Shown here: one piece after another, positions 51,378 through 57,910 of the stretch | How the letters are laid out: every line of letters begins with the position of its first letter | Position numbering within the stretch: the first letter of the stretch is position 1 | Assembly: GCA_963666315.2 (NCBI GenBank) | Contig: CAXXHG010000009.1 | Span: 1 to 57,910 of the forward strand | From: Candidatus Binatia bacterium | GTDB taxonomy: Bacteria > Desulfobacterota > Binatia > Bin18 | Direction of reading: 5' to 3' | DNA length: 57,910 nt | The notes under the pieces: model-generated | The model's input: the letters and a program-made list of their open reading frames with translations, nothing else | Databases searched by the model: none | Told to the model about the DNA's origin: nothing | Position numbers and translations under genes: made by a program

Positions 51378-52298
51378 ATGCCACCAAATCGGAAAAAACG
51401 CGCCGTTCGATCTCTACGGCTTGTGGACGAACAACCACCGACAGACTACTCCATCTGGACTTTGGCTTATTGCCAAGCGGATATGCCGTACGATTTTTTC
51501 GGCGGCTCAGGACTGATGAGTAACCAGGGAACGATTCAGATACCCATGGTCTACACGGTCTTGGTCGGAGGTGAGGTTGGCGGAAAAAAGCGCGTCATCT
51601 TAGTCGACGCCGGGTTCGGCAATCAGGACTGGATGGCACGCTATAATTTTTTTGGCTGGGAAGATCCGCGTACGGTTTTGGCCAAGATCAAACTGAACCC
51701 CGAGGATGTTGACACCATCCTCGTAACGCATCTGCATTTTGATCATATTGGAAATTTCGCCGCGTTTCCCAATGCGCAGTTGTATATCCAGCTTGATGAA
51801 TATATGGGCTGGCTGCGGACGCTCGCGCTGCCGCACGACTTTGGCGGTGGAGAGAGAGGCTGGATTCTGTCCTCTCTTGATCCGCAGGATATCCACAACG
51901 TGGCTATTGCCATGAGCCAGAATAAAGCCACGCTGATTGAAGGTGATATCGAGGTTCTGCCCGGCATTACCGCCCATCTGGCAAAAGACTCGCATACCTT
52001 TGGCACGCAGTGGTTTGAGGTCCACACGCGTAATGGTCTATTCGCCATAGCCGGGGATGCGGTGTATTGGTATTCCAACATCGAGAAGATGTGGCCACCG
52101 GGCTATACTCAGGGCAATCCTTTTAATCAACTCTTTACGTACGATACCATTCGGAAAGCCTTGAGCGGCGAACTCGAACGCCTCATCCCCGGTCATGATC
52201 CTGTCCTCTGGCAACGCCATCGCACTTGGACAGTCGGGCCGAACGAAATTGCCGAGGTGAATCTGGCCACGGGCCAGCGTTCACGAAAGAAGGCATGA
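51378..52298 (+). CDS. Metallo-beta-lactamase-fold hydrolase, N-acyl homoserine lactonase-like
   Basis: LVDAG, THLHFDHIG, SHTFG, AGDA, IPGHD. Confidence 0.85.
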   Translation: MPPNRKKRAVRSLRLVDEQPPTDYSIWTLAYCQADMPYDFFGGSGLMSNQGTIQIPMVYTVLVGGEVGGKKRVILVDAGFGNQDWMARYNFFGWEDPRTVLAKIKLNPEDVDTILVTHLHFDHIGNFAAFPNAQLYIQLDEYMGWLRTLALPHDFGGGERGWILSSLDPQDIHNVAIAMSQNKATLIEGDIEVLPGITAHLAKDSHTFGTQWFEVHTRNGLFAIAGDAVYWYSNIEKMWPPGYTQGNPFNQLFTYDTIRKALSGELERLIPGHDPVLWQRHRTWTVGPNEIAEVNLATGQRSRKKA

Positions 52299-52516
52299 GA
52301 CTTTCCATAGCGCTTTCCATGAAGCTTTCCCTGAGGCTTTCTATGCCCCTCTTCTTCAGTCTGATGGGCTGCCTTGTGTACACCGGCTCACTACAGGCGC
52401 AGCTTGTACTAGAGCTCGAAAACAGCTTGCAAGGTGCAGTCAAATCCATTCAGATTGAACCGTCTCGCGCTGGGTCCAGAAGTTCGGCAAGGCCTATTTT
52501 GAACCAATGCGAGTGA
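52295..52516 (+). pseudogene. Short signal-peptide-bearing remnant beginning with four imperfect 12-bp repeats
   Basis: ATGAGACTTTCC ATAGCGCTTTCC ATGAAGCTTTCC CTGAGGCTTTCT; its ATGA overlaps the upstream stop codon. Confidence 0.35.
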
Positions 52517-52649
52517 CCTATCGCACTATCGTCTATTATCCGGAAGAGACAGAAGACAGTACGGCTCCCCCCCAGACAGCTTCGTCTGTGACCTCTCCGG
52601 CGCAGTGACACCTCTATAGCCTGTGAGCGGCTTATGCATCTTGCGCATC

Positions 52650-54335
52650 TTACGCATCTTGGGTGACGCGCATTACTTCAGACACGGTCGTGCCGCCTTC
52701 GGCTACTTTGCGCCAGCCGTCGTCTCGCAGGGGACGCATGCCACGACGCACCGCCTGTTCTTTAATGATATCAGCCGAGGAACGTTTCAGAATCAATTGA
52801 CGTATGCTTTCGTCAACGGGCAAGAATTCGAAAATTCCATCGCGGCCTCGATAGCCGGTCATAGCACAGTCTTCACATTCCCCGGCTTCATAGGTCGCCA
52901 CCAGCTCCGGCGAGTGCCCGTTGGTCTGCTGGTTGATCTGCGGGAGAGGGGCGCCGCCTTCGATCGGCCGACGACAACTCAGACATAAGTTTCGCACCAG
53001 ACGTTGGGCCATCACCCCAAGCAGGGATGAGGCCAGCAAATAGTCTTCGACGCCCATTTCGAGCAGACGCGAGACCGCGCCAGAGGCATCATTAGTATGC
53101 AGCGTTGAAAATACCAAGTGTCCGGTTAAGGCTGACTGAATAGCAATCTCGGCGGTTTCATAATCCCGAATCTCTCCGACCATGATGACATCCGGATCCT
53201 GACGCACGATGGAGCGCAGACCGGCAGCAAAGGTCAATCCAATCTGCGATTTGACATGGATTTGGTTGACCCCATTGAGCTGATACTCAACGGGATCCTC
53301 AATGGTAATGATCTTTTTATCGGGTGAGTTTATCTTGTCCAGCGCTCCGTATAACGTCGTCGTTTTCCCACTTCCCGTGGGTCCCGTCACCAGTATCATT
53401 CCATACGGTTGCGCAATGAGCTTCTCAAAGTCCGACAGGATATCCTTGGGAAAGCCGAGCGACTCCAGGCTGACATTGATACTCGACCGGTCCAAGATGC
53501 GCAACACCACACTTTCCCCGTACAGGGTGGGCAGCGTCGAAACGCGCAGATCGACCTCACGGCCCAACATGCGCAGCTTGATTCGTCCGTCCTGGGGGAG
53601 ACGCCGTTCGGCAATATTGAGCTTGGCCATGAGTTTGACCCGGGAGATGAGGGCAGCCTGGAGCTTGCGAGGGGGGGAGTCTACATTGTGCAGAATTCCG
53701 TCAATGCGATACCGGACACGAAGCTCTTTCTCAAACGGCTCGATGTGAATATCCGATGCCCGCTGCTCCATCGCCCGTGCAATGAGCATATTGACCAGCC
53801 GAATAACCGGCGCTTCGCTCGCCAGGTCCCGCAGATGCTGGACATCTTCTTGATCATCTTCCATGTACTCAACATCACTGACCTCCTGGCCTTCCGCCTG
53901 TCCTTCCGCTCCGCCCTCGGCGTAATAGGTACGCAACGCCGCAAGGATATCACGTTCACGCGCAATCCGAATCGTCACTTCGAGTTTGGTTGCTTTCTCG
54001 AGCGCCTCGATGACGTAAAAATCACCAGGGTCAGCCATGGCAACAATCAACTCGCCGTCCTGAACCGTTAAAGGACACGCACGCGCTTGGCGCAGAAAGC
54101 CGTGATTTACACTGGACAGCGCTGGCGGTTGCTGTGGGAAATCACGCGCACTCAGCAGCGGGGCGCGATAATATTCCGCCAACACGGGCAGGAGATCATC
54201 TTCAGACATAAATCCCAACTCGACGAGGAGGCGCTCGAGCGTTTCCCCACGTTCTTGTTGGACAAGCTGGATTCTACGCAAGTCATCCCTCGAGACCTTC
54301 CCGCTCTCAAGTAGCATCTCTTCAAGCCGCGTCAC
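52650..54335 (-). CDS. gspE: Type II secretion ATPase GspE
   Basis: ASDIHIEP, PQDGRI, GPTGSGKTT, IEDPVEY, RQDPD, TGHLVFSTLHTN, two CxxC motifs. Confidence 0.92.
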   Translation of the reverse strand: MTRLEEMLLESGKVSRDDLRRIQLVQQERGETLERLLVELGFMSEDDLLPVLAEYYRAPLLSARDFPQQPPALSSVNHGFLRQARACPLTVQDGELIVAMADPGDFYVIEALEKATKLEVTIRIARERDILAALRTYYAEGGAEGQAEGQEVSDVEYMEDDQEDVQHLRDLASEAPVIRLVNMLIARAMEQRASDIHIEPFEKELRVRYRIDGILHNVDSPPRKLQAALISRVKLMAKLNIAERRLPQDGRIKLRMLGREVDLRVSTLPTLYGESVVLRILDRSSINVSLESLGFPKDILSDFEKLIAQPYGMILVTGPTGSGKTTTLYGALDKINSPDKKIITIEDPVEYQLNGVNQIHVKSQIGLTFAAGLRSIVRQDPDVIMVGEIRDYETAEIAIQSALTGHLVFSTLHTNDASGAVSRLLEMGVEDYLLASSLLGVMAQRLVRNLCLSCRRPIEGGAPLPQINQQTNGHSPELVATYEAGECEDCAMTGYRGRDGIFEFLPVDESIRQLILKRSSADIIKEQAVRRGMRPLRDDGWRKVAEGGTTVSEVMRVTQDA

Positions 54336-54353
54336 GCCACCGTCTCCTTCGCG

Positions 54354-55076
54354 CTAATCGATGAGCGAGGCCAGCCGCTCCCAGCGTATCCAGCGATCAC
54401 GCCCGTCCCATGACCAGTAGATCAGGAAAGCTTTGCCTTTCACTGCCTGTATATCCACAAAGCCCCAAAAGCGGCTGTCATGGCTATGATCGCGGTTATC
54501 ACCCATGACGAATAATTTTCCGGGTGGAACAATAACAGGCTCGATCGAACCGTCAGACAGAGGCTGCGGATAGTTATCGCGCAGACCAGGGATCACACGG
54601 CCGGGGTTGGCATACAGAGCATACGCGTTCTCAACGGCCTCACCATTGACAAACAATTGCTTGTCACGAATGCGCACCCGATCGCCTTCAACCGCCACGA
54701 CACGTTTTATAAAATCTTTTGTTTCGTCTTTGGGGTAGACAAAGACAATGACATCATCGCGTTCCGGCTTGCCCCATTCAAAGACCAAGGTATCGAACGG
54801 ATACGGGAGACGCAGACCATAGGCAAACTTGCTCACCAGAATATGGTCCCCGATTTGAAGCGTCGAAAGCATGGAGCCGGATGGAATCTTGAAGGCCTGG
54901 ACGATAAAGCTCCGAATAAACAAAGCCAGGAGCAAGGCCACCAACAACGCTTCGGTATATTCACGAAATACGGATTTTTGTTTCTGTTGGGTTGTTGATG
55001 CAGACGGCGTGCCCGCCTTCGTCCTCTGCCCTGCCATACCCACCGCCCCTGGGACTGACGTTTTGCCTCTGGCCAT
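54354..55076 (-). CDS. lepB: Signal peptidase I
   Basis: IPSGSM, FIKRVV, MGDNRDHSHDSRFWG. Confidence 0.96.
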   Translation of the reverse strand: MARGKTSVPGAVGMAGQRTKAGTPSASTTQQKQKSVFREYTEALLVALLLALFIRSFIVQAFKIPSGSMLSTLQIGDHILVSKFAYGLRLPYPFDTLVFEWGKPERDDVIVFVYPKDETKDFIKRVVAVEGDRVRIRDKQLFVNGEAVENAYALYANPGRVIPGLRDNYPQPLSDGSIEPVIVPPGKLFVMGDNRDHSHDSRFWGFVDIQAVKGKAFLIYWSWDGRDRWIRWERLASLID

Positions 55077-55084
55077 ATTACGGA

Positions 55085-56905
55085 TTATCCACGCCGCTGC
55101 GTCTCTGGATCACGGACCTGAAGCAGGGCAAGGAATGCCTTTTGAGGGATTTCAACCCGACCAACCTGCTTCATCCGACGTTTGCCTTCTTTTTGTTTTT
55201 CTAGCAGCTTTCGTTTACGGGTTATATCCCCTCCGTAACACTTTGAGGTGACATTTTTGCGTAGCGCTTTGACCGTTTCACGTGCAATAACCCGACTGCC
55301 GATAGCAGCCTGCACGACGACATCAAACATTTGGCGCGGGATGAGTTCACGCATTTTCCGCACCAGTTCACGACCCTGAGTATGGGCGTGCTGGTGATGC
55401 GCAATCAGCGACAAAGCATCTACGATATCTCCATTAATGCGTATATCAAGCTTCACCAAGTCAGCCGGACGCATGTCCAAAAATTCATAGTCCAAGGACG
55501 CATAACCGCGACTGACGGATTTCATCCTATCATAAAAATCAATCACGACTTCGTTGAGCGGAAGTTCATAGGTCAGCGCGACCCGTGTGGGGCCGAGGTA
55601 TTTCAGCTCCCGTTGTATCCCTCGGCGCTCCTGGCAGAGCTGTAAAACATTGCCCACATATTCTACCGGCAGGTGGATGGTGGCTAAGATAAACGGCTCT
55701 TCAATACGCTCAATCTCTTGCACCGGAGGAAAAAAAGACGGGTTCTCGACCTGCAGCATTTCACCGCCGATAGTCAGGACTTGATACTCGACCGTCGGCG
55801 TCGTCGTAATCAACTCCAAATCAAATTCCCGTTCCAAGCGCTCCTGTACGATCTCCATATGTAACAAGCCGAGGAACCCACACCGAAACCCAAAGCCGAG
55901 AGCGAGCGAGGTTTCTTTCTCATACGAAAAGGCGGCATCATTTAAGCGGAGTTTTTCAACCGCATCGCGCAACGCCCCGTACTGCTGTGATTCCACGGGA
56001 TACAGTCCACTAAAAACCATCGGCTTTGCCGCCTTAAAGCCGGGAAACATGGTACCAGTCGGACGGCCGGCTTCTGTGATCGTATCACCGACTCGGGCCT
56101 CTCGTACTTCTTTGATCCCCGCCATGAGAAAGCCGACTTCTCCGGGCCCAAGCTCTGGGACTGATCCTGGGTGCGGAGCAAAGATGCCAATCTGCCCGAC
56201 CTCATACTCCTTGCCACTCGACATGAGCTGTATCGACATCCCTGGCCGCAAGGTCCCGTCGAACACACGCACCAGGACGACGGCACCTTGATAAGGGTCA
56301 AACCAGCTGTCGAAGAGGAGCGCTTTCAGCGGCGCGTTCGGGTCACCCTGAGGAGGCGGCATCATCCGCAGGATGCCCTCCAAGACTTCCGAGATTCCCC
56401 GTCCCTCCTTGGCACTGGCTAATACCGCATCGTTACCATCCAGGCCGATGATGTCTTCGAGCTGTTGCCGCACCCGCTCGGGTTCCGCATTGGGCAGGTC
56501 AATTTTGTTAATGACGAGCAAAATTTCAAGCTGGTGGTCAAGAGCCAGATACGTATTTGCCAGCGTTTGGGCCTCAACTCCTTGCGTCGCGTCAACGACC
56601 AAAATAGCGCCTTCGCAGGCGTAGAGGCTGCGTGAGACTTCATACGCAAAATCTACGTGACCAGGAGTATCGATCAGATTCAGATAATACTCGACACCGT
56701 CCTGCGCACGATACTGTAAGCGCACCGTCCGGGCTTTAATGGTAATCCCACGTTCCTTTTCCAGGTCCATGGTGTCTAAAAATTGCGCGCCGCTTTCTCG
56801 GTCACCAATCGTACCCGTTTGGGACAAGAGCTGGTCGGCTAAGGTCGACTTGCCGTGGTCGATATGAGCGATAATGCTAAAATTCCGAATCCGCTGAATG
56901 TCCAT
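55085..56905 (-). CDS. lepA: Elongation factor 4
   Basis: [52 protein letters not shown]. Confidence 0.98.
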   Translation of the reverse strand: MDIQRIRNFSIIAHIDHGKSTLADQLLSQTGTIGDRESGAQFLDTMDLEKERGITIKARTVRLQYRAQDGVEYYLNLIDTPGHVDFAYEVSRSLYACEGAILVVDATQGVEAQTLANTYLALDHQLEILLVINKIDLPNAEPERVRQQLEDIIGLDGNDAVLASAKEGRGISEVLEGILRMMPPPQGDPNAPLKALLFDSWFDPYQGAVVLVRVFDGTLRPGMSIQLMSSGKEYEVGQIGIFAPHPGSVPELGPGEVGFLMAGIKEVREARVGDTITEAGRPTGTMFPGFKAAKPMVFSGLYPVESQQYGALRDAVEKLRLNDAAFSYEKETSLALGFGFRCGFLGLLHMEIVQERLEREFDLELITTTPTVEYQVLTIGGEMLQVENPSFFPPVQEIERIEEPFILATIHLPVEYVGNVLQLCQERRGIQRELKYLGPTRVALTYELPLNEVVIDFYDRMKSVSRGYASLDYEFLDMRPADLVKLDIRINGDIVDALSLIAHHQHAHTQGRELVRKMRELIPRQMFDVVVQAAIGSRVIARETVKALRKNVTSKCYGGDITRKRKLLEKQKEGKRRMKQVGRVEIPQKAFLALLQVRDPETQRRG

Positions 56906-56906
56906 A

Positions 56907-57840
56907 TTATTGTCGGAAGAAAGCCTCCGTTCTTTTCAGTCCCTCGTCTAAAGGCGTTGTCGGCTTCCAGCTCAAGATGCGAGCGGCGCGATCCCAGGCC
57001 AAGACGCTCCGGCGCTGCTCGCCCGGCTTCGCCGGGCCATACTCCGAACGGTCCGGCGTACCGGGGATAATGCGCTGCAAATGGGCAGCGAGAGTGTTGA
57101 CATCGGTTTCTTTTGCTGTGCCGATATTTATTGGACCGCTATAGTCCACGGACAGCGCGGCCGCGTTTGCCCGTGCAACGTCACCGACAAAGACATAATC
57201 GCGCGTCTGCTTTCCATCCCCGTTAATGGTGATCGGTTGTCGGCCCAAGAGTCGTTGGATAAAGATGGCAACAACGCCGGCCTTCTCCGTGTGGATCTTC
57301 GCGTGGCCCGTAGACGTTGGCATACCGAAGCGCCACATACGGCAGGCCATGCTCGACGTGATAGAAGTGCAGATAATGCTCCCCGGTTCGTTTGCTCACC
57401 CCATACGGACTAATAGGGCGAGTCGGATGGTCCTCAGTGGCAGGAAAGACTTCTTGTTCACCGTACACTGTCCCACCAGAGGAGGCGAAGATAATACGTT
57501 GACACTGTGCCAGTCGTGCTCCCTCAAGGACGTTGAGCAGCCCCAGGATATTCACCCGTGCGTCAAACAGCGGGTCGGCGACTGAGCGCCGAACATCCAT
57601 CTGTGCGGCATGATGATTCACTACCTCAATGCGCTCTTTGACCATGAGCTCGCGTACTGACTCATCCCGAATATCAGCCTGGATGAAATGGGCATGCGGG
57701 GAAACGTTCTGCATCTTGCCGGTTGATAAATCGTCAACAACCCAGACCTCATGCCCCGCTACGCGATAGGTCTCAACAAGGTGCGAACCGATAAAACCAG
57801 CCCCGCCTGTCACCAATACCCTCATACGATTCGTCCTCAT
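56907..57840 (-). pseudogene. NAD-dependent UDP-glucose 4-epimerase-like SDR with a +1 frameshift near 57283
   Basis: VTGGAGFIGSH, YGVSK and YANVYGPREDPHGE are in one frame; AGVVAIF..GDGKQTRDYVFV is in another. Confidence 0.85.
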
Positions 57841-57854
57841 TTTTGTCTTCTTCT

Positions 57855-57878
57855 GCAGGGCTCAAAAGCCCGACCTAC
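57855..57878 (-). repeat. Second GTAG REP-like palindrome
   Basis: Minus strand GTAG-GTCGGGCT-TTTG-AGCCCTGC; its TAG ends the upstream CDS. Confidence 0.55.
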
Positions 57879-57910
57879 ACGATTTCCAATTTCTTTCGGA
57901 AATACGCTAT
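57875..57910 (-). CDS. C-terminus of an upstream gene, probably a nucleotide-sugar SDR (partial)
   Basis: IAYFRKKLEIV* resembles the end of UDP-glucuronate decarboxylase-type SDRs. Confidence 0.45.
   Translation of the reverse strand: MAYFRKKLEIV

Noticed and set aside
51378-52298. Calling the MBL hydrolase a true quorum-quenching AiiA
   Set aside because: HxHxDH defines the fold, not the substrate, and there are no luxI/luxR genes nearby.
536-57585. Many overlapping or antisense ORFs in the track (e.g. 12687..13481, 22395..23099, 41514..42173, 53409..54071)
   Set aside because: Shadow frames of well-supported genes in GC-rich DNA, with no motifs of their own.
1-57910. CRISPR array, rRNA or intact tRNA
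   Set aside because: I saw no regularly spaced repeat-spacer array or rRNA-like sequence; the only tRNA-like stretch is a degenerate half.

Overview
A 57.9-kb bacterial chromosomal window with moderately GC-rich genes. The gene content (ispH-UbiA fusion, DUF1302/DUF1329-type genes, many family III CoA-transferases) suggests a Deltaproteobacteria-like lineage such as Binatia; this is inference only. Housekeeping blocks: hemE-hemH-hemY/G, parC-parE, gloA, a DEAD-box helicase, nadA-nrtR, dusB, mutS-mutL, a stand-alone fusA, gldA and galE-lepA-lepB-gspE. These alternate with a decayed island (about 29.2-35.2 kb: IS3, IS256, an integrase remnant, a tRNA-Leu half-site and surface-modification genes) and a catabolic/uptake cluster (38-51 kb). 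Main observations not shown by the ORF track: (1) a PCYCGC-like secreted protein whose 'stop' is an in-frame UGA forming a UxxC motif, followed by a SECIS-like hairpin, so it is a candidate selenoprotein; (2) mutS broken by a perfect 19-bp tandem duplication, alongside more than a dozen nonsense, frameshift and deletion lesions, suggesting a mutator or eroding genome unless these are assembly errors; (3) a multi-hairpin 5' leader that would sequester the RBS of the DEAD-box helicase; (4) tandem NrtR operators upstream of nadA; (5) GTAG REP-like palindromes that supply stop codons. Family names come from recognising motifs by eye; no database searches were run.
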